From Amphiscolops sp. MND2022 (Eukaryota), in assembly GCA_964187785.1 (NCBI GenBank), contig OZ076409.1:18168001-18232000 (forward strand): 64,000 bases of DNA. The letters run 5' to 3'. The position numbers and the translations under genes were made by a program. This document shows, in pieces, positions 38,361-49,220 of this stretch. The notes under the pieces are model-generated. The model was given only the letters and a program-made list of their open reading frames with translations. It ran no database searches and was not told where the DNA came from. Each line of letters starts with the position of its first letter. The stretch's first letter is position 1.

Positions 38361-41300
38361 TTATGACAGCCCTCCCTCGTGAACTATGGCACTGATAGAT
38401 GACTCTACGATTGCTTGTTGGCGGCGTGTCGCTCTGCAGCCTCTGAGACAGAGGACGGAACTACGTAGAAGAGCAAAACTTATCTTAGTTCTAATGTAGC
38501 TGATCGCGTCGGCGTAGCTCTCTGTACCTTTTTCGTTGATTTTTGCAGCAAGTCGAGTAATTACTTTTGTGGCTGATGGTCCGGCGCCACCTGTACATGC
38601 AAAGACTAGGGGGTTAAAGGTGCTTTTTTCCACATTTATAATTCTGGACTCGTATTTGAGTTTCTTTTGAGATTCGTGAAATTTGTATGCCTCGTTGACA
38701 TTTTTGGGACATGTTCTAGCGAGCGGATTAAAAATCTTGACGTCGAAAAAAGTTCTACAGAAACGAGAATCCCAAAGTCCGTTTGCTTTAATATCTAGTC
38801 TCGACTCATCTTCAGTTGTCGTTGTTTTATGGACGAAGGACTCACCTTCCAAAGGCTAAGTTTCGGCTCGATTTCGACATCATAGCAGACCTCTTTCATA
38901 ACGGAGGCAAACGTGTCGCGGATTTCATTGTGTCGCATTTGGTTGTACCCTCCTTTGTTGCATTGAAGGGAATGCGACAGGCTGAAAGACTCTCCACAGG
39001 GACATATTGACGGTGTTTTTAGTGGTTCCCACCCATAGCGCAGAGCCAAACCGTCGCGGAATTCTGTTTTCGACAGATCAAAGTGATATCGTTTGAGTGG
39101 TAGCGTGTTCAACCAGCTAGATGCACCTTGTTCAATTGACAGATCTAGTGCGTAGCGTTGATTTTCATCGAGTTTTTCCTTCAAGATTGATATCTTTCCT
39201 TTGATTTTTGCGGACTTCTCTTTTCTAACTTGTTTCACGATTGAAGACTGTTGAGCTTCCGCGTCCTCGTCATTGTCCAAACATGCTGCCATTTGTCTCG
39301 ACCAGTTCAATTCTTCTACTCTGTCTTCAGGATGTACTATGTTAAGTCCACCATCCCTCACAGGCAGGGAGAAAAGAGAACGTTCCTCGTCCGTGATGTT
39401 ACTTCTGCCGGTTATTGCTGGGATCAGGTTTTCCTTGATCTTTCTTTCCGTTTCTTCGAGATTTTCTATGAAATTAGGAGTCGTGCGTGAGAGAAAAGTC
39501 ACTTTGTTTTGAAGACCTTTGGTGAAGCAGTGAAATACATTTTGTGGAGAAATTTTTGCGTGTTTCGACAACTTCTCTACGATCTGATTGTATTCACTTT
39601 GTTTATGGTCTCTGAATTTTTCACAAGCAGACTCTGATCCTATTACAGACCCTAGGACACGATGTCCATCAACTATTTCAACATCTTCTTTGATAAATAG
39701 ATTCTGGGCTTGTTTCAAGTGTTCGGTTTTTGCAATGATGTTACATTTCGTCAATGTGTAGCCGAAAGCAGGTCCGTGCTTTTTCAATTGTTCGTGAACC
39801 GATTTTAGGTCTTTGAGACTGCCTGTTACATTACCATCGTCGGCGTACCACATCTGAGTGATGTTTGATTTTTGAATCAGGTCAATCAGCGGTAGGATAG
39901 CAATTCCGTACATCGCCATGGCTAGAGGATCTCCTTGAGTTGTTCCCTCTTGCGATTGCAAGGTTTTGCCGTTGACAAAAAGATCTGTCGGTGTTTTATA
40001 CGAGTTCTTTATGGCTGTTATAATTGAAGGACATTTATTTTCGATGTTCCGGAGCGCGAGGTCCCTGTTCAGGCTATTAAAAGCGTTCTTTGCATCGATG
40101 AGCAAAATGCCTTGAACTTCAGGGGTCTCGAACTGTTGCCTGAGGCTATGTATAGCGTGTTCGATTCCGCATTTCTGACCGAGACAAAGTTGTTTGTTTT
40201 TACCTAAGAGCTTCAGGTCGTTCTCTACACAGCGCAGTGTGCTTCTTCCTATGATTCGTCTGAGAACTTCCCCAACGCCAATTGGTCGTACCCCTGGGTT
40301 CTTGTCAAGGGGTATCAAACGGCAGGCATTGTATGGCCTTAGTGCTTCACGGTCAATGTCTTCAGTAGCGATTCTCACAGCTAAGCGGGCGACCGTGCGG
40401 CAGAGTGACGTCGATGACTGGTTAAAGTTGGACATCCAGCGCCGCCATTCGTTGGCATCCACACCGGAGGGTCCGTGGCTTCCGTGTGTTTTCATTCCGG
40501 CCCTACGAATGGCTCCTGCTTGTATTCTGTCGAAGATTACAGGATGGTAAGGCGGAATGTTTTCGGAACTTGCAACTACGTAGGTGTCGTCGCAACCTTT
40601 GGCTGGGGGGTGTTTCTCCTTCAGGATATCAAGAACCGACTTGTTGTCAATTTTTTCTGATAGAGATAGGACTCCGCCTTTTTCACATTCATTCACACTC
40701 CGTAGGGCGTTTGAGATTTTCCCGGCGGACATGTGTGTATCGAAGTCTCGGAACATATCTTTTGCTCTATTGTTGGATTTTGATTTCGTAGTTCGTTTTT
40801 GCAATGCCTCTGCTTCCTTGAAAAGTTCTTCGATTTCGCCATTTAGCCACATTCTCAGTCTTCTGGTCGTCGTCTTGTTCCTCGACGCATCTGGCTCAGA
40901 GGTAGTCCTTGATAAGACTAAATGTGGCATTAGCATTGCTGCATATAAAGCTATGTTCTCATTGCTTTGTTTCTCTGATATTGCAGATAGTAGGCGGTCC
41001 ATTGTCTCGACAAACTTGTGCCCAGTTTTGTTTTTAGGCAGCGTGATGAATGAAGGTTTCCAATGAACTACTTGATTGTAAAAGTCTTTAATTTGAATAG
41101 CTTTTTCAGGGGTGACTTTTGCCCAGAAACCATCCACTGATAGTTCTTGGTTCAGTTCATCAGTCAGAGGTTGTTTCTGGTGTGTGGCGGTGCTCGCGTG
41201 ACTTGTTGAACTGTTCGGTGGTTCAATGGCTGGCGAGTTGGCGGCTTCGCTTGGCTGTGGTCCTTGGCAGCGTACACAGATAAAGTCTTTGGACCAGTCT

Positions 41301-41416
41301 TTCGCAGCGGAGAGACCGCTGCATTTCGTGTGCACGTATCCACATATCGCACACCATACGCCTCGACTACGTAAATGGGCCTGGCAAATGCTGCAGTGTG
41401 TTTGATTGCCTGACAT
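38361..41416 (-). CDS. CRE ORF2: PHD-like finger, RT, CCHC finger and REL endonuclease (one frameshift near 38860)
   Basis: CSIC..CAIC..H..C..W..CVRC. RPIGVGEVLRR, IDAKNAFNS, GTTQGDPL, WYADD. CPCG..HSLQC..RHNEIRD..RLDI..FFDVKI..KKLKY. Confidence 0.92.
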
Positions 41417-41441
41417 TGTGGAGGGAGAGCTGTCGTGTCAA

Positions 41442-41981
41442 TTATTTGATTTGATTACATGTAAAGTGATTAAAATAAAATTTCAAAATCTGAGTGAAAA
41501 CTAAATTTCCAAATCGAGAAAAATGAATGCCGTCTCGGGCAAAAATCTTGTGATCAAAATCACGATTTAAATGAGGTGATATTATAGGCAGGTTGAGGGA
41601 GCGTAGCAGATTGTAGAGGGCAAAATTCAGCTGGTTGATTTTTCTATTCACTGTCTGGTTGTTAGAAGTTGCAATGGTTTTGGGGATAATGAGGTTACGG
41701 GGCTGGAACTTCAGGTACACAAGTTGAATCAGGAACTTCCAATTGTCTGTAAATGTAGTGGCTGCATCACGGTGATCATTAAAACCAGCGACAATGATAA
41801 GGGTATTGATTTTGCGCTGCGGGTATTGTTGGATCAGATTACAGAGCTCGAGCAGGGAGGCACCACGGTAAGAGTGAACTGCTGCACCGATGTCTTTTGA
41901 CCTAATGTATTTCGTTCTGGATGTGCCAATCACAAGATTTGTTGTTCGTTGGCTCAGCTGTCTGGGTTCGAAGCGTGACAT
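41442..41981 (-). CDS. ORF1: SGNH/GDSL esterase-like protein
   Basis: Block I VIGTS, block II SYRGA, block III VAGFND, block V RDGIHF. Confidence 0.8.
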   Translation of the reverse strand: MSRFEPRQLSQRTTNLVIGTSRTKYIRSKDIGAAVHSYRGASLLELCNLIQQYPQRKINTLIIVAGFNDHRDAATTFTDNWKFLIQLVYLKFQPRNLIIPKTIATSNNQTVNRKINQLNFALYNLLRSLNLPIISPHLNRDFDHKIFARDGIHFSRFGNLVFTQILKFYFNHFTCNQIK

Positions 41982-42357
41982 CCTGGAACAAAAAGGACGG
42001 CGCAGTATCGATGGATCATTTGAGTCTCAAAAACTTTCAAAATCAAGGACTCAAGAAAAGAACACAGCTAAAAAACAGCACTAAAAGCTCAAAAAAAGAG
42101 CAGTAAAAAGCATTAAAAGCTCCAAAACGGAGCACTAAGAGCTCAAAAGGAGCACAGAAAAACAAAAAGGAACGAAACAAACTGGCAGGAGTGAAGAGTT
42201 TCTTCTGGTTGCAGGCTGCTGCTCCTTCCTGTGCCTCGCCGCACCACTGAATAATGTAAAAGCTCAAGAGCTGTAAATCATACAATGCCGGCCGCTGAAA
42301 TCCCTAACTAAAAATAGGGCTACCCAATCCAGAGTTGTCCGGGCTTACATAACACAC

Positions 42358-42388
42358 CTATTTAATAAGTTTATCACAACAATTAGGC
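42358..42388 (-). other. Spliced-leader-like exon, 31 nt, at the CRE 5' end
   Basis: GCCTAATTGTTGTGATAAACTTATTAAATAG followed by GTGTGT. The same sequence occurs at 56608-56635. It resembles, from memory, a reported acoel SL. Confidence 0.7.
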
Positions 42389-42842
42389 TAAAAGCATTTT
42401 ATGCCTACGAAAAAAATGATGAAAAAGTTCCTAAAAAGTCCCCACCAGATCACCAGAAGAATCTCCACATCAAGAAAAATGAGATCAACCACATTACCTC
42501 AAAACTGACTCTCGAAAACTTCCATGCTAGCTCAATTTAAATTTAAAGACAGAAAAAAGCACAATGATTTTCGACTCAAATAATAATTTTTGAAGTTCGC
42601 TAAAAACTTATCTAGCACGGTTCAGGTTCGAAATTGCGACGGAACAATGGCAACAGTTCCATTAATTCATTGTTTGCTTGTAGACATTGCTCTGCTTTTA
42701 TTCTTAGTCTGAAAAAAACAGCTGCACCTTATAATCAATTGACAGAAGTCAAACTTTGTCCTCTGAAAAAATGTTACAGGACACTGAAAGACGTCATTTC
42801 AGCAAATGATTGGTCTTTTCCACAATCAATGATAGGAGGGTG

Positions 42843-43140
42843 TTTTTAGCCGGCGCTTTTGAAGAAAAGTGCCCCACTCTTACAGTGACTTTTTTCTTCA
42901 GATTCACACTGATCGGTCCACCAGAGAAACTCCTGAAACCACTAAGGCCAAGTCCGGCCAATGCAAACGTAAGGTAACCTAAAAAACCGGACGAGACTAA
43001 ACGGCCCCCTTTCGATTTTTTTTCGGCACTGTGCGACTTTCCGAATTTTTTTCATATCTCGAAAGGGCCCCATTCGATTTTTTGATATTTTGCAACTGAA
43101 TGTATGTTAATAAATCCCAAAGGGTCCCCCTTTTACATTT
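42843..43140 (-). repeat. Helentron/DINE-like repeat, partial
   Basis: TTTTAGCCGGCGCT plus family modules. Confidence 0.5.
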
Positions 43141-43647
43141 GAAGAAGTTAATTTCCCCATTACCGCGGGGTGGACGCCGAATAAGCAGTTCTGCTTTTCT
43201 AAGTCGGCGCCCTTTCGGATAATATCTTCCCATAGCAAGCTATGGTACCATATTTGTAGCCAGGTGGTCAAGCAATGGTGGGCTTGAAGCTGTGGTTTCG
43301 AAGTGACTTGAGTAGTATGTAAAATTGTTAGGTGATTAGAGGGTCAAGTGACTCCTCCACTCTTTCAACGGGTCGGTGACTCCCGAAAATTTTACAACCC
43401 CTCATAAAAATTTTACGACCCTGAGATAAATTTTATGCCTTTCGCAGGGTGATAAAATTTCACTGCAAACAAAATAAAACACTTCAAAATCGTTTTGTTT
43501 ACATAGTGACTGAGCAGAGAAAGTAGTGACCTATTTTATGCATCATGTTTACAATTACCTCAAACAGAATGAATGCCGACCTATTTAACTTACCAAAATC
43601 ACACTATTTGACCGTACATCAAGCTGTGGTTCCCAGGCTTCAGACAA

Positions 43648-43947
43648 ATGAATTTCTGGATGAAAGTGCTTTGCTTTGTTTTCGGCAGTGTATTGCTTCT
43701 GACTCTGTGCTTATTCGTCATAATTTCCTATCATTCGATTCCACTTGCGAAAAGAAATAATCCAACAGCGAGAACAACAGAAAAAGTCATGTTGGATGCC
43801 TCTCCTTCAATTTGTCCTCCCCAATATGACGGCTTTTGTATGAACGAAGGTCAGTGTTACTTTCCAGTGGAGGTAAACCAAGCTTCATGCTTGTGTAAAA
43901 CAGACTAGGGCGGTAGAAGATGTGAAAAATATTTGTGGTATCATTGA
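43648..43947 (+). pseudogene. Membrane-anchored or secreted EGF-like protein with one premature stop
   Basis: Hydrophobic N-terminus, then CPPQYDGFCMNEGQCYFPVEVNQASCLCKTD*GGRRCEK. Six-cysteine EGF pattern with TAG (43906-43908) at the conserved aromatic position. Confidence 0.8.
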
Positions 43948-44388
43948 CTGATCATTATAATACGTCCTTGAATAGCAGTTGGTACGCCAGATGTCTCTTT
44001 TGATAGTTGACCGTTTTTGGAACTCGACAAATGTTCAAAGTACTCTTCTTCAGCTTCCTGCAAGAGACAACTCTGCTTTTCCAAAAGACTCCCTTTGCCT
44101 TTCATATGATACAAGTTTGATTCAACTGATCGCTGCACTTGTTATAGTCAAATTAGTTGTTTCCGCTGTTCTTCATCTCCGAGACTATGAGAGATGACCA
44201 ATATGAGCTTTTGATTGGTTAGCCAAAGCGCTTGCAAATGCTTGAAACCGTTCACTTCAAGCACTTGGTTGTTTCTTGACCAATTACAGTCGAGACCTAA
44301 TTTCATCTTCTATCAAGAGATTTGTCATTTTCTGTCTTTCGGTCTTAGAGTTAAGAACACTTAGCCATACGTCTCCCACTAACCAGAA

Positions 44389-44982
44389 ATGCTAAACTAC
44401 CAATCAGTTGACATTGATTTCGAAGGTTTCCGCATCTCTAATCATCCATTTGTTGTTAAAGAATGGTCCGTACGTGGGCTGGATTTCCACGACACTATAC
44501 TATTGAAACCACCATATACATCAAACTTGATACCGTCGAAGACACAAAAAGTTTATGCTTGGTTAACAAAGAATATACACGGTCTCACGTGGGAATCTGG
44601 CGTTCACAATTACTCTTTTCTATTCTGCTTTTTCGTCAGTCTGAAAATACGTTTCCCGAACATTATTGTTTATGCAAAAGGTTTCGAAAAGTGTGCCTAT
44701 CTCCGCTGTTTCTTCATTCAAGTTATCAATTTAGAAACTCCTAATTGCCCTAGCGCCAACCAATTAAACCTTCTTCCCAAATTCACTTGCTCCAATCACC
44801 TGGGCAGCTACCATCGCGCGCATTGTGCGAGAGAGAAAGTAAATCTTTTCTACGATTGGCTCTCTCGTTGGAATCAAAATTGTGAACATTGCAATACTGC
44901 TAATGTCGAAGGACAATCTACACCTTACCCTTTCCACGAACTTAACACTTTCAGTAATAACAACAGCTCATCTGGACAGTGA
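44389..44982 (+). CDS. DEDD/DnaQ-like exonuclease-fold Polinton accessory protein
   Basis: VDIDFEGF..VKE..HGLTWESG..YAKG.EK..INLE..C..H..HCA. Confidence 0.6.
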   Translation: MLNYQSVDIDFEGFRISNHPFVVKEWSVRGLDFHDTILLKPPYTSNLIPSKTQKVYAWLTKNIHGLTWESGVHNYSFLFCFFVSLKIRFPNIIVYAKGFEKCAYLRCFFIQVINLETPNCPSANQLNLLPKFTCSNHLGSYHRAHCAREKVNLFYDWLSRWNQNCEHCNTANVEGQSTPYPFHELNTFSNNNSSSGQ

Positions 44983-45226
44983 TTGTAGTCAAGAACATTG
45001 GTGTATTGAAGTGATCAAAGAAGAGTACAAGAGAGTGGGTGAACATAGACTACTACGGAAGGCGGTCATCAGCTTATCTCCAACTGAATACCAACAGTTC
45101 TTGTCTAGTACAAGCTCTGTCGATTCTTTTCTCAAGTTCGTCAGTACAAACCATGTCAAATCAACGTCTCCAGCAATTGATGAAAGAGCGCAACATACCT
45201 CCTCTAAAAATTCCCGAACCACCTGA
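44903..45226 (+). CDS. Small Polinton ORF, weakly PC4-like
   Basis: Overlaps both neighbours. RKAVISLSPTEYQQF resembles the PC4 KKGISLT.EQW motif. Confidence 0.3.
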   Translation: MSKDNLHLTLSTNLTLSVITTAHLDSDCSQEHWCIEVIKEEYKRVGEHRLLRKAVISLSPTEYQQFLSSTSSVDSFLKFVSTNHVKSTSPAIDERAQHTSSKNSRTT

Positions 45227-45407
45227 TCCCGTCATTCTGTCCGGTCTCGAAGATCCTTTGTTACCGGTACAGATAGCGAAAGAACTGTCATCACGGGATG
45301 ATGTTGTGGAAATAGCCTACTTTGCCCCTTTCAAAAATTGGAGAGGTCAATTCAGAGTAACTTTCAAGAAAAACGGAAACTTTAATTTTTGTCGGTTTCA
45401 TGTATGA
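45153..45407 (+). CDS. Small hypothetical Polinton ORF
   Basis: ATG-initiated (MSNQRLQQLM...) and part of the compact cluster. Confidence 0.35.
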   Translation: MSNQRLQQLMKERNIPPLKIPEPPDPVILSGLEDPLLPVQIAKELSSRDDVVEIAYFAPFKNWRGQFRVTFKKNGNFNFCRFHV

Positions 45408-45737
45408 TTTAATTTGTATTCTTTATAAGCATAATTCAAATCTTTGTCTCATTCTCTTTTTTGATGTCAACGCAAGCAGTCGATACCACAGACGCAATCG
45501 GCGTCGAAAGTTTAGTTTTTCAAGGTGATCAGAGTGAACGCTCATCTTGGAAATTCTGCAATTCCACAACCTTACCGCGTTCTGAGGTAGTTTTTTCTTC
45601 CAAGCACTAATTTTATTGATTCTCATCATCGCAGTTCTAGTGAAACTACTTTTTTACGAAGTACCTTGCGAAGAGATGCCATTCTGGGTGTCACTTTTAT
45701 CTGCTGCAGTCGGATATATTCTTTCCAATCCACGACT

Positions 45738-46457
45738 ATGAAAAAAATAATTTTTACCAGTGACCGTCTGTTCATGTCAGTCGTTGGGCCAGGAGGTTCC
45801 GGGAAAACCAGGTTGATTTTTTCAATGCTGGCTTCCGAAACTTTTCGTCCGAAGTTCGAGAAAACTTACTATTTCTACAAGGAATATCAGCCTTTGTTCA
45901 AAGAAATGTCAGAAAAACTAGATATCGAGTTTGTCTCTTGTCTCAATTTCCAAATGATCAAACAACTAGAGAATTGTCTCCTTGTCTTTGACGATTCTTG
46001 TGAAGAAATTTATCAAAAAAAAGAGTTTGTCAAGTTGGCTGTTGCTGGCAGACACCGAAACGTACATTGCATCTTCGTCAAACATAATTTGTTCCACCAG
46101 AGTAGGTGGTCGCGTACCATTGATCTCAATACAACTCATATCATTCTCTTCAAATCATCCAGAGATTTGCAACAGATTGATCACTTCGGTAGAAAGTTGA
46201 TGAAGGTTGACTTTCTTCGCGAAACCTACAGGAAAGCAACATCTGAACCCTATGGACATTTATTGGTTGATTTAGATCCTAAAACTAGCGAGTATTTACG
46301 TTTTGCCTCGAACATCACAGCCCATGGCTTTCAGTTACCGTCAGAACTTGCGAGACAAACGAACCTATCAAATGAACGCGAAAAACGTGCTTACACTAAA
46401 GCATTGGCAGAGCAGAAAAAGCAAGAAAGAATACAGAAAATTTCTATGTGTATGTGA
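45738..46457 (+). CDS. FtsK-HerA/A32-like DNA packaging ATPase
   Basis: Walker A GPGGSGKT, Walker B LLVFDD, arginine finger GRHRN, LNTTHIILFKS, PYGHLLVD. Confidence 0.9.
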   Translation: MKKIIFTSDRLFMSVVGPGGSGKTRLIFSMLASETFRPKFEKTYYFYKEYQPLFKEMSEKLDIEFVSCLNFQMIKQLENCLLVFDDSCEEIYQKKEFVKLAVAGRHRNVHCIFVKHNLFHQSRWSRTIDLNTTHIILFKSSRDLQQIDHFGRKLMKVDFLRETYRKATSEPYGHLLVDLDPKTSEYLRFASNITAHGFQLPSELARQTNLSNEREKRAYTKALAEQKKQERIQKISMCM

Positions 46458-46677
46458 TCCTGAAAGCCTCAGGTTTCTCTGCGAATGCGCTTTCAACATT
46501 ATCAACGGCAACGTGCCTTTCGATGTTGAAAAATTATTCCCTTGCGAGTCACAATTGAAAGTTTTGTGCAATAGTTCAACTTCGCCCAGGAAACGTCGAG
46601 AAACACTGTGCTCAGTCAAAGGAATAAAGTTACTTCAAGAGATCAGTCGGTCTATCAATTCTTATCTTATGCAATGA
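46372..46677 (+). CDS. Small conserved Polinton protein next to the ATPase
   Basis: LCECAFNIINGNVP motif, which I recognise from ATPase-adjacent Polinton ORFs. Confidence 0.6.
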   Translation: MNAKNVLTLKHWQSRKSKKEYRKFLCVCDPESLRFLCECAFNIINGNVPFDVEKLFPCESQLKVLCNSSTSPRKRRETLCSVKGIKLLQEISRSINSYLMQ

Positions 46678-46922
46678 CTTCCCATGAGTTTATTTTGGTT
46701 CCGAAAGAAAATTACATTGAACACCAACCAAAAAGCTTGGAAATCCTAGATGATGCAACAATCAACGAAAAAGCAAAGATTTTGACTCTTTTGCAGAGAC
46801 AACAACCACCCAAAGACCCGAAGGAAAACAAGACTCAGTCCACTTTTTTGTCAGAACCCGAGCGAGACATAATTGAAAAACGGGTTTTAAAATCACTGTC
46901 AATGATGAAACCTTTCAACTGA
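46674..46922 (+). CDS. Truncated Polinton ORF
   Basis: ATGA overlap with the previous stop. MTSHEFILVPKE... Confidence 0.45.
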   Translation: MTSHEFILVPKENYIEHQPKSLEILDDATINEKAKILTLLQRQQPPKDPKENKTQSTFLSEPERDIIEKRVLKSLSMMKPFN

Positions 46923-47318
46923 TGAACACAAATCGTTAGTTTTGTTTACCAGCATTGAAAGGGGTTGTACCTCCTTTTTATGATTTGAAATTTAAATACT
47001 TAGCCTGCTTTGATGAAACTGTTTATCTCAGTTGAAGCGTCCATTTTTCTCGGCTGAAGAACTACTATTTTTGTTGATTTTCTTTGTTAGGTATTTCTTC
47101 AGTTTCAGCAAAAGTTCAGTTCACCTGACTGCCTTTGCTTACATTAGAAACTCGCGGACGATGCTGATATCGCCTTTAGTACGTAAAATAGGTCACCACT
47201 TTCTCTGCTCAGACACCATGTAAACAAAAGGATTTTGAAGTGCTTTCTTTTGTTTGCTCAAGTAGCAGTGAAATTTTATCACCCTGCGAAAGGCATAAAA
47301 TTTATCTCAGGGTGGTAA

Positions 47319-49220
47319 TAGCACGGAACTGCGTAACAAAGCGAAGCTAATTTGCGTCCTGATGTATCCTATGGCGTCCGAGTAGCTGTCTTGTCCTTTT
47401 TCGCTGATCTTCAGAGCAAGTCGGGACATAACTTTCGAGGCTGAAGGACCTGCGCCTCCTGAACACGCGAAGACAAGAGGATTGAATGAGCTGTTTTCCA
47501 CATCAAGGATTCTCTGTTCGTACTTCAGTTTTTTCAAAGTTTCATGATATTTATACGCTTCCTTTACTTCTTTCGGACAGGACTTGGCCAGCGGGTTAAA
47601 AATTTTGACGTCAAAAAACGTTCTCGAGAATCGTGAATCCCAGAGTCCATTTGCTCTGATATCGAGACGAGCTTCATCTTCAGTGCAAGTTGATTTATAT
47701 TCGAAGGATTCCCCTTCTAACCTCTGAAGTTTCGGCTCCACCTCAACGTCGAAGCAAACGTCTTTCATTATCTTTGCGAACGTATCGCGTATTTCGTCAT
47801 GTCTCATGTGAGTGTAGCCTCCTTTTCCGCAGTGTAGGGAATGGGCAACAGTGAAGGGTTCACCACATGGGCATTTGGCAGGTAAATTCTTCGGCTCCCA
47901 ACCGTAGCGCAGCGCGAGACCGTCCCGAAATTCAGACTTCGTAAGAGTGAAACCATAGCGTTTCAGTGGGAGGGCGGCTAGCCAGCTGGATGCTCCTTTT
48001 TCCGAAACAAGTGTAACTGCGTGTCGTTGTTCGTCATTCAAGTTGCATTTGACTTCTTCAAGCTTAGTTCTTTGAATTTCTTGCTTCTGTTTCTTTATCA
48101 TGTTTACTGTTGAGTGTTGCTTCGCTTCAGCGGTGGTTAGATCCTCTTCATCTAGATGAGAAGTAACATCCTTTGACCACTGCAGATCGTTTCTTCTGTC
48201 TTCGGGTGAAAGGATATTCAGCCCACCTTTGCTGAGCGGTAGGGAGAAAAGAGACCGTTCTGCTACAGATAACTGACCACGGCCGGTGATGTTAGGGATC
48301 AGTTTCGTCGTTAAGAGAGATTCGGTGTTTTGCAGTGTGCTATCCATGTCAGGTGTTGTTCTTGACAGGAAGGTGAGTTTGTGTTGAACACCTTTTGTAA
48401 ATGCATGATAGACATTCTGTGGTGACTTTTTCGCATGTGACGCAAGTTTGTCCACAATGTTCGTGTACTCAGTGAGTTTGGAGGACTGGAAAGCGTGACA
48501 GGCCTCGGGCGATCCAATAACGGAACCCAGTACACGGTGTCCTCCCACTAGTTCAACATCCTCGTCTTTAAAGAGGTCTTTTGCTTTGTCAAGGGAGGAA
48601 TCTTTCGTGATGAGATGACATTTAGTGATGTTGTATCCAAATGCGGGACCGTGGAGCTTCAGTTTTTCGAAGAGATTTCGAAGCGATTCGATGCTACCGG
48701 CTACATTGCCATCGTCAGCATACCATTTTTGTAGCACTCCTTCTTCGTTCACGAGGTCCATTAACGGTAGAAGCGCAATGCCATACATGGACATAGCCAA
48801 AGGGTCGCCTTGAGTAGTTCCTTCTTGCGACAAGAGAGTTTTCCCATTCACGTAAAGGTTTGAAGGTGTACCATATGAGTTTCGGAGCGCTGTTATGATG
48901 GATGGACAGGTTTTCTGAATGTTTTTCAGGGCCAGATCCCTATTTAGACTATTGAACGCGTTTTTGGCGTCAATCAGGAGAAGCCCTTCTGTCTCTGGCA
49001 GCTCGAAAGTCTCACGTAGACTGTGAATGGCGTGTTCGATGCCACATTTTTGACCAAGGCAGAGTTGCCTATTCTGGCCCAAGATCTTGAGATCGTTCCC
49101 GATGCATCGAAGAATGTTCCTCCCAATTATGCGTCTGATGACTTCGCCCACTCCGATTGGTCTGACACCGGGTTTTTGTCAAGCGGTATGAGACGGCATG
49201 CGTTGTAGGGAGTTAGTTGT
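47319..49220 (-). mobile_element. Second, divergent CRE element, truncated at both ends (RT plus REL)
   Basis: 614-aa ORF with IDAKNAFNS, GTTQGDPL, WYADD, RHDEIRD, FFDVKI. It breaks after LLRSSVL at the Polinton TIR. Confidence 0.92.

Larger units (their letters stand above)
38060..42388 (-). mobile_element. Apparently full-length CRE-clade non-LTR retrotransposon (3' boundary approximate)
   Basis: SL-like 5' end, ORF1 esterase, ORF2 PHD-RT-restriction-like endonuclease. No clear TSD or tail found. Confidence 0.85.
43311..47318 (+). mobile_element. Polinton/Maverick internal-deletion derivative
   Basis: AGTAGT left terminus. TIR 43411-43543 pairs with 47180-47318. Packaging ATPase and compact overlapping small ORFs. 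Confidence 0.85.

Noticed and set aside
42285..42293. GGCCGGCAT on minus resembles the start of an HDV-like ribozyme at the CRE 5' end
   Set aside because: No complementary P1 strand or P3/L3 core was found downstream.
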